Part shown: piece by piece, positions 8,544 through 18,913 of the stretch
Numbering within the stretch: the stretch's first letter is position 1
Layout: every line of letters begins with the position of its first letter
Assembly: GCA_964589775.1 (NCBI GenBank)
Contig: CAZPUN010000003.1
Span: 1-27,464, forward strand
Origin: an uncultured archaeon
GTDB taxonomy: Archaea; Asgardarchaeota; Thorarchaeia; Thorarchaeales; CAZPUN01
Length of the DNA stretch: 27,464 nt
Direction: 5' to 3'
Notes under the pieces: model-generated
Told to the model about the DNA's origin: nothing
Databases searched by the model: none
What the model saw: only the letters and a program-made list of their open reading frames with translations
Translations under genes and position numbers: made by a program

Positions 8544-10406
8544 TTACTTATTTACTTCCTCGAAGTCAGCATCTATCGTTTTTCCACCGGTAGACTCAGT
8601 TCCAGTACCTGCTGTAGGACCTGCCCCAGGACCGGCTCCAGTACCTGCAAATCCAGCTTGAGGACCTGCTCCTGGTCCGCCACCGTAGATTTTCTCAGAG
8701 ATCTTATGGAACTGAGTGACTAACTCCTCAGTCTTGGATTTAATCTTATTTATGTCATCACTTTTGAGAACTTCTTGTACCTCTTTAATCTTTTCTTCGA
8801 TTGACTTCTTTTCATCTTCAGAAATCTTATCAGGATTATCTTTCAAAGCCTTCTCAATTGTGTAAATGAGACTTTCAGCATTATTTCGTACTTCAATTAA
8901 TTCCTTGCGCTTGCGGTCTTCCTCGGCGTGCTTTTCAGCATCCTTGATCATTTGTTGAATTTGTTCTTCGGTAAGATTTGTACTTGCGACAACTTTGATA
9001 CTTTGTTCTTTACCAGTACCTTTGTCCTTAGCACTCACGTGGACAATTCCATTTGCATCTATATCGAATGTGACTTCAATTTGTGGTACACCACGAGGAG
9101 CCGGCAAGATTCCAGTTAGCTGGAATCGCCCAAGAGACATATTGTCTGCAGCCATCGGTCGTTCGCCTTGAAGAACATGAATCTCAACAGTAGTCTGATT
9201 GTCTACGACAGTTGAGAATATCTTGCTTTTGCGAGTTGGAATGGTAGTATTTCTAGGAATAATTGGAGTGAATACGCCACCATAAGTTTCGATACCCAAA
9301 GTTAATGGAGTTACATCAAGAAGTAAGACATCCTTAACTTCACCCTTAATAATTCCAGCTTGAGCCGCTGCACCTAATGCAACCACTTCGTCAGGATTAA
9401 TTGATTTCTCGGGTTCCTTACCGAACATACTACGCACAACTTCTTGGATCTTTGGCATACGAGTAGCTCCACCAACGAGAAGAACTTTGTCAATCTGTTC
9501 AGGTTCGAGCTTTGCATCTGCTAGTGCTAGGCGTGTGGGCTCTAATGTAGCTTCAACAAGGTCTGCAGTTAATTCTTCAAACTTTGCACGAGATAATTCG
9601 AGGTAAAGGTTCTTCGGACCATCTGGAGCAATAGTAATGTATGGGAGATTTATCGTAGTCTCTTTAACGGTAGATAACTCAATTTTTGCCTGTTCAGCAG
9701 CATCGCGAATTCGCTGCATAGCTACAAGATCATTTCTGAGATCAATACCGGTTTCCTTCTTGAACTCTTCAACCATCCAATCCATTATTCTTTGATCGAA
9801 ATCGTCACCACCAAGATGGGTATTACCATTTGTGGCTTTAACTTCAATTACGCCATCACCAATTTCAAGAATGGATACATCAAATGTTCCACCGCCAAGA
9901 TCGAAAACAAGAACGGTCATTTCTTTCTCTTTATCGAGACCATAAGCCAAAGCAGCTGCAGTTGGCTCATTTATAATTCTAAGAACTTCCAGACCGGCAA
10001 TTCGTCCTGCATCCTTGGTAGCTTGTCGCTGAGAGTCATTGAAATATGCCGGAACTGTAATTACAGCTTCTTTAATTTCTTCACCGAGAAATGCTTCTGC
10101 ATCTGTTTTTAATTTGCGTAATATCATTGCAGAAATTTCTTGAGGAGTATATTCCTTATCTCCTAATTTTGCACGGTAGGTTGTACCCATTTTTCTCTTA
10201 ATTGATCGAATTGTATTTTCAGGATTAGAAACCGCTTGACGTTTTGCAAGCTCACCAACAACAATTTCGCCTTTTTTAGTCAATCCAACGATAGAAGGAG
10301 TAATACGTTTACCTTCTGCGTTGGGAATTATGGTGGGTTTCCCCGCCTCAATATAGGCTATTGCAGAATTTGTTGTACCCAAATCAATACCAACGACTTT
10401 TGCCAT
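8544..10406 (-). CDS. dnaK: chaperone DnaK (Hsp70)
   Basis: Motifs [23 protein letters not shown] and NPDE. It lacks the ~23-aa N-terminal insert, as in archaeal and monoderm DnaK. True start MAKVVG at 10406 behind GAGGTG, which overlaps the grpE stop. Confidence 0.99.
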   Translation of the reverse strand: MAKVVGIDLGTTNSAIAYIEAGKPTIIPNAEGKRITPSIVGLTKKGEIVVGELAKRQAVSNPENTIRSIKRKMGTTYRAKLGDKEYTPQEISAMILRKLKTDAEAFLGEEIKEAVITVPAYFNDSQRQATKDAGRIAGLEVLRIINEPTAAALAYGLDKEKEMTVLVFDLGGGTFDVSILEIGDGVIEVKATNGNTHLGGDDFDQRIMDWMVEEFKKETGIDLRNDLVAMQRIRDAAEQAKIELSTVKETTINLPYITIAPDGPKNLYLELSRAKFEELTADLVEATLEPTRLALADAKLEPEQIDKVLLVGGATRMPKIQEVVRSMFGKEPEKSINPDEVVALGAAAQAGIIKGEVKDVLLLDVTPLTLGIETYGGVFTPIIPRNTTIPTRKSKIFSTVVDNQTTVEIHVLQGERPMAADNMSLGRFQLTGILPAPRGVPQIEVTFDIDANGIVHVSAKDKGTGKEQSIKVVASTNLTEEQIQQMIKDAEKHAEEDRKRKELIEVRNNAESLIYTIEKALKDNPDKISEDEKKSIEEKIKEVQEVLKSDDINKIKSKTEELVTQFHKISEKIYGGGPGAGPQAGFAGTGAGPGAGPTAGTGTESTGGKTIDADFEEVNK

Positions 10407-10416
10407 CGTAATCACC

Positions 10417-11100
10417 TCAATTGTCTGACTTTTTATCGGATTCATTTATTCGATTCACTTGAACTAAAGCAGGTCTTAGAATACGGTCATGAAACTTGTA
10501 ACCTTTCTGATACACAGCAACTATTATTCCGTCATCCTTTTCTTTATCTTCAACGACGGAAATTGCATGATGCAATTCAGGGTCGAATGTATCGCCCTCT
10601 TCCCCAAATGATTTAATTCCTTCTTTAGATAAAGTATTCTGGAGCTGCTTATAGATCATTTCTATGCCTTTTCGTATTTCATCAATGGATGATTCCTTAA
10701 AATCAACACTAAGAGCACGTTCGAAATTATCAGATACTTCAAGAATCTTAAGAACAAAATCACCAATTGCGTATTTTTTAATTTCGGCTATTTGCTTTTC
10801 AACACGCTTTCGATAATTCTCAAAGTCAGCTTGAACACGCTGCGCCAACTCGAGATATTCAGCAGATTTTTTCTTCTCATCTTCAAGGTCCTTTTCTAAT
10901 ACTGCAATCTGACGATACAATGCATCGATCTCTTCAGGTGATAAGGTAGATTCACTGAGTTCAGTGTCTGTATTATTTTCACTAGCCTCTGACGATTTAG
11001 CCTCATTTTCTATGTTTTGTGTTTCTTGAGATTCTGATTCGTCTAGATTTTCTTTTTGTTTATTTTCAATTTTAGATTCGTTGCTCTTTGTGCTCACCAA
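10417..11100 (-). CDS. grpE: nucleotide exchange factor GrpE
   Basis: Motifs [18 protein letters not shown] and [16 protein letters not shown], with a long acidic N-terminus. Confidence 0.97.
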   Translation of the reverse strand: MVSTKSNESKIENKQKENLDESESQETQNIENEAKSSEASENNTDTELSESTLSPEEIDALYRQIAVLEKDLEDEKKKSAEYLELAQRVQADFENYRKRVEKQIAEIKKYAIGDFVLKILEVSDNFERALSVDFKESSIDEIRKGIEMIYKQLQNTLSKEGIKSFGEEGDTFDPELHHAISVVEDKEKDDGIIVAVYQKGYKFHDRILRPALVQVNRINESDKKSDN

Positions 11101-11195
11101 TTGGTGCTCATCTCCAAATGTAATAGAATAAACTTAGCAATCAAATAGGAGAAAAAAAGGTATATAATAATTTTGCAATGTACATGCACTTCATA

Positions 11196-11525
11196 TTATA
11201 TGAAGTAAATAATGGAGATCACACCAAGGGCACCGGGAATGATTATTACACTTATGAACAAAACTAAAATGCCCAAAATGAAATATCCCTTATCAATAAG
11301 CCATAATGCAAAATATGAATACCCATAAACTACAACACTGACTAAAAATCCAAATACAATTAATGGAACTATTGGGAATAGCACTAATAGTAATCCACCG
11401 CCGGGCATTGTCCAAAGTGGACCCCCAATTTGCAAAAGAATAAAGCCAACCTTCACTGCAAGGAATACGAGAATTCCTATAAATATCGCGGCCCAAGATA
11501 ACTGAATTCTAGCTGGAACTGCCAT
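11196..11525 (-). CDS. small membrane protein (about 3 TM)
   Basis: Almost wholly hydrophobic 109-aa ORF. ATG follows GGGTGA, which overlaps the upstream stop codon. Confidence 0.75.
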   Translation of the reverse strand: MAVPARIQLSWAAIFIGILVFLAVKVGFILLQIGGPLWTMPGGGLLLVLFPIVPLIVFGFLVSVVVYGYSYFALWLIDKGYFILGILVLFISVIIIPGALGVISIIYFI

Positions 11526-11530
11526 TTTGA

Positions 11531-11716
11531 TCACCCTACAATACCACTTAATATAATTAATCCAATAATCATAATTATAATCGAAGAAGGTACCATAATA
11601 ATTCTAGATTCTAAATATACACGTTTTTCCTTTGAATTTCGAGGCCCTAGAAACCAACTGATTAACAAAATTATTCCTAATAATTCAACAAATATTACGA
11701 TAGGTTCATGCGCCAT
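11531..11716 (-). CDS. small 2-TM hairpin membrane protein (61 aa)
   Basis: GGTGA SD before ATG 11716. Two hydrophobic helices separated by a basic loop (GPRNSKEKR). Confidence 0.7.
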   Translation of the reverse strand: MAHEPIVIFVELLGIILLISWFLGPRNSKEKRVYLESRIIMVPSSIIIMIIGLIILSGIVG

Positions 11717-11804
11717 GTAAATCACCAAATATAACAATAAAAATTCGATACTTAAACATTTTTAGGTTTAGTATAAAAACATTACAAAATAAAAAATAAA
11801 GGGC

Positions 11805-12077
11805 TTATTGAAGAACTTGACGAAAAACGTGTTCAAACTTAGCACGAAACTCCTTTGCACGCTCTAGGTTTGCAACGTACATGGGCTGTCGCATGTCATT
11901 CAAGTTAGGGACTTTATGACATAATTCATGCTCCATGAGGCGTCTGAGGGCAAAACTGACAGTTCTGGGGGCCAAATCAACTTTCTTACTAATTGCTTTG
12001 GGTGTCATTGGACCGTCTGAAATCAACTTATCAAGAATAACTAGTGCGGATCGGGGGAGTTCTAGTACCATAGACAT
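11805..12077 (-). CDS. winged-helix transcription regulator (MarR/ArsR-like)
   Basis: GPMTPKAISKKVDLAPRTVSFALRRL helix-turn-helix followed by a wing with DMRQPMY. GGAG SD before ATG 12077. Confidence 0.88.
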   Translation of the reverse strand: MSMVLELPRSALVILDKLISDGPMTPKAISKKVDLAPRTVSFALRRLMEHELCHKVPNLNDMRQPMYVANLERAKEFRAKFEHVFRQVLQ

Positions 12078-12191
12078 ATTTATCTCCATCCAATACCAAA
12101 GCTATATACACATTAAATATTTTACAAACATTTAAAAAATGTATGCTTAACGCAACCAAGAGATTACATATGTAATATGAGGTGTTTAATA

Positions 12192-13181
12192 ATGTCCAAA
12201 AAGGTCTTCATGACACGAAAAATTCTAGAACCAGGCTTAGGTATGATACGAGAAAAGTACCAACTTGATATATGGGAAAGCGAACTCGCACCACCAAAAG
12301 AGGAAATAATTAAACGCGGAAAGGATGCAGACGCACTGGTAACTTTACTAACAGATCCAATAGATGCAGAAGTGATCGATGCATGCAAAAATCTTAAAGT
12401 AATAGCGCAATACGCTGTCGGTTTCAACAATATTGATGTGGAATATGCAACCAAAAAGGGAATTATAGTTACAAACACCCCGGGAGTTTTAACAGAGTCA
12501 ACTGCAGACTTTACATGGGCGTTACTAATGTCAATCGCCAGAAGAACAGTTGAAGGGGACGAGTATGTCAGAACAGGTCAATGGAAAGTTGGTTGGGGAC
12601 CGACAATACTAATTGGAACAGATGTTTTCGGAAAAACACTGGGAATCATTGGTGCAGGAAGAATAGGAAGAGCTGTCGCTAGACGGTCTAAAGGGTTTGG
12701 TATGAAAGTACTATATTATACTAGAACAAGAACTGAAGAACATGACAAATTAGATGAGGAAATTGGTTCCAAACAAGTTGATCTTGAAACTCTACTGAAA
12801 GAGTCGGATTATATATCACTTCATGTTCCGTTAACTTCAGAAACAAGGCATATGTTAGGTGAGAAAGAATTTAAAATGATGAAGAAAACAGCCATATTAA
12901 TTAATACCGCAAGAGGTCAAGTAATAGATGAAAAGATTCTAATTAAAGCACTACAAGAAGGATGGATTGCAGGAGCTGCACTAGATGTTTTTACAGTTGA
13001 GCCATTACCACTAGATAGCCCATTGATTAAGATGAAAAATGTGGTTTTAGCTCCACATGCAGGAAGCGCAAGCTTAGAAACAAGAAGCAAAATGGCTAAA
13101 ATGGTTGCTGAGAATTTAATATTGGCACTTGAAGGAAAACGACCACCAAACATCGTTAATCCTGAGGTGCTAGGAGATTGA
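12192..13181 (+). CDS. gyaR: glyoxylate reductase / D-2-hydroxyacid dehydrogenase
   Basis: Motifs QYAVGFNNID, TNTPGVLT, GIIGAGRIG, INTARG, LDVFTVEP and PHAGSA. GAGGTG SD before ATG 12192. Confidence 0.93.
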   Translation: MSKKVFMTRKILEPGLGMIREKYQLDIWESELAPPKEEIIKRGKDADALVTLLTDPIDAEVIDACKNLKVIAQYAVGFNNIDVEYATKKGIIVTNTPGVLTESTADFTWALLMSIARRTVEGDEYVRTGQWKVGWGPTILIGTDVFGKTLGIIGAGRIGRAVARRSKGFGMKVLYYTRTRTEEHDKLDEEIGSKQVDLETLLKESDYISLHVPLTSETRHMLGEKEFKMMKKTAILINTARGQVIDEKILIKALQEGWIAGAALDVFTVEPLPLDSPLIKMKNVVLAPHAGSASLETRSKMAKMVAENLILALEGKRPPNIVNPEVLGD

Positions 13182-13185
13182 GGAA

Positions 13186-13704
13186 TTGCGGGAATGCCTA
13201 AAGCTATTGATGACAAGAAAAAGTGTGAGAAAATTTAAACCAGATAAAATTGAAGATAGCGATTTACAACTAATACTCGAGGCTGCGATAAGGGCTCCGT
13301 CCGGAGGTAATTTGCAGCCTTGGTCAATTTATTTTACAAAAAATAACAAGATAAAAAATGAACTCGCAAAAGCAGCATACAATCAAAGTTATGTCGCTGA
13401 AGCTCCAGTTGTCATTATTGTATGTGGAATTCCAGATAAAAGTGCAGCTGTGTATGGAGAAAGAGGAAGAACATTATACTATATACAAGACACCGCAGCG
13501 ATGACACAAAATATACTGCTAGCAGCACATGCTTTGGGTTATGGATCAGTATGGGTTGGTGCATTTGATGAATCAAAGGTCGCACGCATATTGAACCTAG
13601 ACAAAGGTCAAAGACCAATGGCGATAATTCCTATAGGATTACCGGATGAACAGCGTCCTCTGACAGAAAGAGAACAATTATCAAAAATCATTCATGAATT
13701 ATAA
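13186..13704 (+). CDS. nitroreductase family (FMN) protein
   Basis: Motifs RKSVRKF, APSGGNLQPW and QNILLAAHALGYGSVWVG. Confidence 0.94.
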   Translation: MRECLKLLMTRKSVRKFKPDKIEDSDLQLILEAAIRAPSGGNLQPWSIYFTKNNKIKNELAKAAYNQSYVAEAPVVIIVCGIPDKSAAVYGERGRTLYYIQDTAAMTQNILLAAHALGYGSVWVGAFDESKVARILNLDKGQRPMAIIPIGLPDEQRPLTEREQLSKIIHEL

Positions 13705-13727
13705 TTTCTTTTTATTTTTCTATTTTC

Positions 13728-13763
13728 AAAAACAGAAAAAGTTAGGACGGCTTTATGCCGCCT
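13728..13763 (-). terminator. hairpin plus U-tract terminator of the large protease gene
   Basis: Minus strand reads GGCGGC-ATAAA-GCCGTC followed by CTAACTTTTTCTGTTTTT, about 22 nt after the stop. Confidence 0.6.
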
Positions 13764-13784
13764 TTGTTTACACTCTAACAGCCC

Positions 13785-16700
13785 TTATTTCTTCTTGAAG
13801 ATTACTGCCAAGATTATGACTACTGCAACTGCACCAATGATTGATATGATACCAATCATCATCCAGTCGAATGTTGGACCGGGTGCAGGTGGAGCTTGTC
13901 CGCCAGCAGTCATAGGACCGACAATGGCTATGTTGGACAGTAATCCAGTGCTGTCTTCAACTCTGACACGTACGAGGAAGTTATCTGATGTAGTCAGCTT
14001 GGATACATCAAATGTGACACTGTATGTACCAGCTGAATCGTGATGCTTAGCAGTGATCGGGAACCAGCTCTTACCACCATCTGGTGAGTATGAGACGAAT
14101 GCTGTGTAGGTTTCGTACTTGTTGACATCAGAGATTGTGTATGTGATTGTCATATTGTTGTTGTAGGTCTGACCTGCAACAGGACTGCTGATAGATACCT
14201 TGGGGTTGAAGTAGTTGTTTAATGTTAATGTAAGTAATGCAGATGGATAGTTCAATGAATCATATTTGAGGTTGGAGTTAGTTGTACCATATGCCTTTAG
14301 CATGTAGGTACCATTCTTGCCCATGATGTATGAGTCGATTGATGCGATGTTTGCAGTGGTTACATTCTCAAAGCCCTTAAGGGTATCAGCAATCATTGTG
14401 TAATAGGTCTGAGGACCTGCATATAGGTTGATACCAACATAGTAGGTACCAGTTTCCTTAACAGTGTAGGTTGCAGTTTCTGGATTATTGCCAGTAGCCA
14501 TAGCATAGCCTAATAGGTCATCGCTTGCATCACCGGAGGTTAGATCAGTGCCGGGTGCAAACAGGAATACGTCAAGGTCTGCACTTGTAGTCCAGCTAAC
14601 TGATAACTTGAGAACATCGCCTTCGGTTAGGTTGATGGCTTCATAGACCAAGCTTGTCTTGGCTGGTGGCCAGTTGGAATCGGGTGATGCATGAGTGTAT
14701 CCTTGTCTTACAACATATGCACCAGACAGGATCTCGATCTTGCTGCTTACAACATCAGCTTCAGTAAAGCCAGTAACTCCTGGATTGGTCCATGTTGCAG
14801 ATACTACTAAGTGGTCTCCGCTAACAGTATCACCATCGGATACAGTTACGGTGTTAGCAGATGAATCGGTAACCTTCCAGACTAATTGAGGTACTAAGCT
14901 TGAATTAGTTGCAGCAAGTTCAATGTTGAACAATTCAGGAACCTTGGAACCATCTAGAGCCGTGCTGTGCAATACAACATAGTATACACCAGCTCCAGAT
15001 ATGTGTGCAAATAGTACATTTGCTTTATCCATGGTGGATCCTGAATTGTACTTTCCGCCACTTACATAATTGACTGGTGAAATTGCAACTAAGGAACCAA
15101 GTGAATTGAAGACATAAGTATCAAGCTTGGTGGCTGAGTATTCCCAAGAGACCTTTACCTTAATCCACTCAACAGGCTGAGTGACATTGAAGGCAAATAC
15201 TCTGAAGTCTCCAGTTTCGGGTCTCCAGCTCCAATCGTAGACACCATAGACACCGTATAAGTCGTATGGAGTCTTGGATGATGCACCACCAAATGAGGTT
15301 GCACCACTTAAGGAGACACTTGCCATAACGTTCACTGAGACTGGGACAATTTGAGTTGCGCCACCTTCAGAGAACTTGATGTAGCCGATGTGGACACCAA
15401 TATCATTTGGTGCAGTGACATTTACATGCCATGTATTTGGATTAGTTGTGTCTCTAGCGACAGAAATCCAGTTTGCGGCTTGTTCCTTATAGATCATAAT
15501 GGATACTGATAATTGAATACCAGTCCAGTTTGCTACCTTCTCAAAGTTCTTGTCGCGGACGTATAATGTCAGGTTAGAACCATCAGCTGTGTAGATACCT
15601 GGGTGTTGTGCGTACATTGCAAGAACATTTCCATCGCTCGTTCCAGAGCTAATTCTTGCAACTTCACCCACCTGAGTTACGGTGTGAGTGGTTGAATTGT
15701 AGACTTCAAAGTCTATCTTTCCATTACCGTTTGTATCATTCCATGCGAACAAGAATGTATATGGATATTCAGCAAGTTGTGTCAAGGTTGAATAGCTATA
15801 TGACAAGTAGATTGCAGCAAACTTGGCATTCTCAAGGTTTGTATCAACAGTATCATTGAATATGTCTCTAATTCTGTATGCCCAACCTGTGGGTGTTCCA
15901 GTACTGTTGTCCATCTTTGTAGTAATGGTGGTAGTATAGACCTTGTCTAACACAAGTTCGCCAGTTGTAGCGGCGGTTGAACCAATTGCAGAACCATCTC
16001 CTTGAGCAACGTTCAAGGTTGCCTGGTACAAGTCGCCTGGGTTCTGAAGACCTGCATATACAGCAGTGTCACCCCAATTGATAGAGATACCAGGATGATG
16101 GGCTGCAGTTAAGTTGTTTGCTTCTTTATCTCCCATGAAGATCTTAGATACGACACTATCGATTTGCTGTGCAATTGTCTTGTAAGCATTAAAGCTATAG
16201 ATTTCAAATACTTCATTACCATGGACATCAGTTGTGTTGCCAATAGCCAAAGCAACAGCTCTTGCAACATCAATCTGACCAGCACCCTGGATGAATGGAT
16301 CATAGCCAAGGTCCTTTGCGGTAGACTTCAAAATTGTCTTTACCTTCCATGGATCGAAGGTCTTACCAGCGTCCTTCAGGGCACCAATGACAACAGCAGC
16401 TGCACCAGCAGCATATGGTGTTGCCTGACTAGTACCACCAAAGACTGTGTATGTATAACGACCATCGAAGTATGGATATCCATATTGTGCAAGAGTGTAG
16501 AATCCATACCATAATGGATATTCGCTGTATGCGTATGCACCGACAGCCACAACATCAGGCTTTACATAGCCACTGAATGTTGGACCACGGTTGCTCCATG
16601 GAATGACGTTATCGTGAGTGTATTTCTCACCATAGAAGTCTGCCCAGACATGAGTTGCAGTTGATGCACCAACACTTAATGCGGCTGCAGATGAGCCAGG

Positions 16701-18485
16701 TGCAGTAACAGTACCATATCCGGGACCACCGTTACCGGTAGCAAATACGAATAATGTACCAGGATAGCTTGGATCAACAAAGCCGGGCATTGACATTACA
16801 TCAATGTAGAGGTCATACCAGCTAAATTCGGGCATCTGACCACCAAGTGAGATAGCAGAGTAGCCCCAAGAGTTGCTGATGACATCAACTTTGTGATTGC
16901 CAGTGTATTCCCAGATGCCAGTGGTTGTGTTGAGGTCAAAACCACACATCCATGCAAGAGCACCGACATCAGTACCACCAGAAATCACAACAGTACCGGT
17001 AAGTTCAGCACCGTTTGCGATACCTGGTAAGTAGTAGCCAGTTCCATTACCGTATAGGTTGAACGGTGTAAGACCACGACCAGCAGCATCAACGGCACAA
17101 CCAGTACCGTGAGTACCACCGGCTTCATAGAAGATACCTACAGCATTACCATTAGGATCAATACCATTGACAATGCCACCGGTTACATAGCCATGTGCAT
17201 CATATACGTTTCCTAATGCACCAAGGCTGAAGTCATTGATACCATTACCATATAAGTCAATTGCAAGAATGTCGTGTCCCTGGTTGAAGGTGTATGCGGG
17301 TTCACCTACGAAGCTGTAGTCAAACAATCCCTTGAACATATTTACTACTGTAGGATCACTCCAGTTCCAGAGACCAAACATTTCACCGTACCACATAAGG
17401 GACATAGCATATGCGCCATCCCAGTCGACATAGATGGTGTCGTAACCGCTACCGGTACTATTTACAACTAGGATTGGAGCATATCGGATCAAGAATGATG
17501 CATCATCTTCACGGATCATAGCAATTCCAAAGTGATAGTCAGATGCACTTGGAATGCCAGTAACGTTGTATGGTTGTGCAAATGGCAAACCAGTGAAGTT
17601 TGCATAGAATGCATCAGAGACGTATCCATAGTGGTGGTATACAAATGCGTAGTAGTACCATGGATGTAAGTATCCACGAGTACTGGTGTAAATACCTTCT
17701 ACATCATCATAACCTGAGATGTTCAAATATGTCTTACTACCATCTTTGATTTGCCATGTACTATTGAATACGTGATTGGTTAATACAATACCATAACCAC
17801 TTGGGTCAAATGCAATTGGATGACCACTTGCATCATGTGCATATGCGGGTGCTAAATCGGTTAGACCAAAGTCTACACCAGTGTCCGCAATTGCAATAGT
17901 AGCACCAGTTCCATTGTATGTAGCAGAGACTGGATTAACATCCAAAATTTCACGTACATAGAATGAATCAACACCTTCGGAAGGAGGTGCGGCCATTGGC
18001 TCTTGTTCAGGAACTGGGTCAGCATTAATAAGTCCAATGGATGGATTCTTTGAAAGCATTACAATGTCGTGGGGGCTATCTACCCAACCAACAACGAGGT
18101 ATGCAACTTTCAAGTTGATAATCCATCGTACTTGTAAGTATTGCTTAATAGAATCAAGATTTGCGTCGGGTCTCACAGAAAGAATGACACCAACCTTATC
18201 GCCAACAGTGTATATTTTTTCACTTGGCGTACCGGTCTCAATGTATGATGCTAATAGATCATCATACTTGGGACGGTTAGATGGTGCCACAGATGGTGTG
18301 AGACCTAAGCTCTGCATCACTTGCTCCAAGTGCGATGTTTCCTCAATTGGCATATTTACTACAGCTGGCTGTGAGACGGGAGTGCTCACAGGTACAGGTG
18401 CAGCAAAGAACATTGTAGAGGTCATCGCGAAGAGCAGGAGCAAAGCAAGACTCATCTTGCCCATCTTTATCATCTTAATTTTCAC
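13785..18485 (-). CDS. large cell-surface S8 serine protease (pyrolysin-like) with PPC and Ig-like domains and a C-terminal TM anchor
   Basis: Signal peptide. Catalytic motifs IAIADTGVD, HGTGCA and GGTSQATP, with oxyanion ATGNGGP. PPC-type DLDVFLFAPG...GNNPET. Pro-rich linker, TM helix and KKK tail. GTG start behind AGGAG. Confidence 0.95.
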   Translation of the reverse strand: MKIKMIKMGKMSLALLLLFAMTSTMFFAAPVPVSTPVSQPAVVNMPIEETSHLEQVMQSLGLTPSVAPSNRPKYDDLLASYIETGTPSEKIYTVGDKVGVILSVRPDANLDSIKQYLQVRWIINLKVAYLVVGWVDSPHDIVMLSKNPSIGLINADPVPEQEPMAAPPSEGVDSFYVREILDVNPVSATYNGTGATIAIADTGVDFGLTDLAPAYAHDASGHPIAFDPSGYGIVLTNHVFNSTWQIKDGSKTYLNISGYDDVEGIYTSTRGYLHPWYYYAFVYHHYGYVSDAFYANFTGLPFAQPYNVTGIPSASDYHFGIAMIREDDASFLIRYAPILVVNSTGSGYDTIYVDWDGAYAMSLMWYGEMFGLWNWSDPTVVNMFKGLFDYSFVGEPAYTFNQGHDILAIDLYGNGINDFSLGALGNVYDAHGYVTGGIVNGIDPNGNAVGIFYEAGGTHGTGCAVDAAGRGLTPFNLYGNGTGYYLPGIANGAELTGTVVISGGTDVGALAWMCGFDLNTTTGIWEYTGNHKVDVISNSWGYSAISLGGQMPEFSWYDLYIDVMSMPGFVDPSYPGTLFVFATGNGGPGYGTVTAPGSSAAALSVGASTATHVWADFYGEKYTHDNVIPWSNRGPTFSGYVKPDVVAVGAYAYSEYPLWYGFYTLAQYGYPYFDGRYTYTVFGGTSQATPYAAGAAAVVIGALKDAGKTFDPWKVKTILKSTAKDLGYDPFIQGAGQIDVARAVALAIGNTTDVHGNEVFEIYSFNAYKTIAQQIDSVVSKIFMGDKEANNLTAAHHPGISINWGDTAVYAGLQNPGDLYQATLNVAQGDGSAIGSTAATTGELVLDKVYTTTITTKMDNSTGTPTGWAYRIRDIFNDTVDTNLENAKFAAIYLSYSYSTLTQLAEYPYTFLFAWNDTNGNGKIDFEVYNSTTHTVTQVGEVARISSGTSDGNVLAMYAQHPGIYTADGSNLTLYVRDKNFEKVANWTGIQLSVSIMIYKEQAANWISVARDTTNPNTWHVNVTAPNDIGVHIGYIKFSEGGATQIVPVSVNVMASVSLSGATSFGGASSKTPYDLYGVYGVYDWSWRPETGDFRVFAFNVTQPVEWIKVKVSWEYSATKLDTYVFNSLGSLVAISPVNYVSGGKYNSGSTMDKANVLFAHISGAGVYYVVLHSTALDGSKVPELFNIELAATNSSLVPQLVWKVTDSSANTVTVSDGDTVSGDHLVVSATWTNPGVTGFTEADVVSSKIEILSGAYVVRQGYTHASPDSNWPPAKTSLVYEAINLTEGDVLKLSVSWTTSADLDVFLFAPGTDLTSGDASDDLLGYAMATGNNPETATYTVKETGTYYVGINLYAGPQTYYTMIADTLKGFENVTTANIASIDSYIMGKNGTYMLKAYGTTNSNLKYDSLNYPSALLTLTLNNYFNPKVSISSPVAGQTYNNNMTITYTISDVNKYETYTAFVSYSPDGGKSWFPITAKHHDSAGTYSVTFDVSKLTTSDNFLVRVRVEDSTGLLSNIAIVGPMTAGGQAPPAPGPTFDWMMIGIISIIGAVAVVIILAVIFKKK

Positions 18486-18517
18486 CTTGTTCTCCTGTAC
18501 TTCGTTTTACATATCGA

Positions 18518-18602
18518 TTGCCGGTTATAGAGAGAACTCTATAATGATGAAACATTTTGTGTTCCATCCTATACTCCAATAGTTCTCTCCTTTCACCAGC
18601 AA
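18518..18602 (-). promoter_or_regulatory. 85-nt stem-loop in the predicted 5' UTR of the large protease
   Basis: Nested stems on the minus strand: TTGCTGGT/ACCGGCAA, GAGAGAACT/AGTTCTCTC, TATA/TATA and GATGGAACA/TGTTTCATC, with loop CAAAA. Confidence 0.7.
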
Positions 18603-18628
18603 CTTAATACAACGTATAGCAATCCATA

Positions 18629-18636
18629 TTATTAAA
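18629..18636 (-). promoter_or_regulatory. TATA box candidate for the large protease gene
   Basis: TTTAATAA about 27 nt upstream of the 5' end of the leader hairpin. Confidence 0.45.
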
Positions 18637-18913
18637 TCTTACGACCTCAAAAATGGGATACATAGTTAAATTTAGAAAAAAGCGATTATAAACTAAAAAA
18701 TCAAATAAATATATTAAATATACCGCATATATAAAAAAAGATAATGTATAAAATATAATAAATATAATTTTTTTCATGAAAAGTGTTGTATACGATAAAA
18801 AATAATTTTTATAAAAACAAGACTAAAAATTAACATTTTTTAAAAAATGGCATTATAGTTATGATTAAATAGTAAATTAACGTATATAATATTAAAAAAA
18901 TATAGGATGGCCG

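Noticed and set aside
8590-8690. GPGAGP/AGTG repeats at the DnaK C-terminus
   Set aside because: This is an ordinary low-complexity Hsp70 tail.
11134-11160. CIRCE-like half site TTAGCAATC upstream of grpE
   Set aside because: There is no GAGTGCTAA-like arm 9 nt away and no hrcA gene in the window.
18544-18550. Perfect C box ATGATGA (+) suggesting a C/D sRNA, or a SECIS reading of the hairpin
   Set aside because: No downstream CTGA D box, the pairing favours the minus strand, and neither adjacent gene has an in-frame TGA.
18640-18900. Extremely AT-rich stretch as a replication origin or DNA-unwinding element
   Set aside because: No ORB/G-string repeats and no adjacent cdc6/orc1. It is adequately explained as a divergent promoter region.
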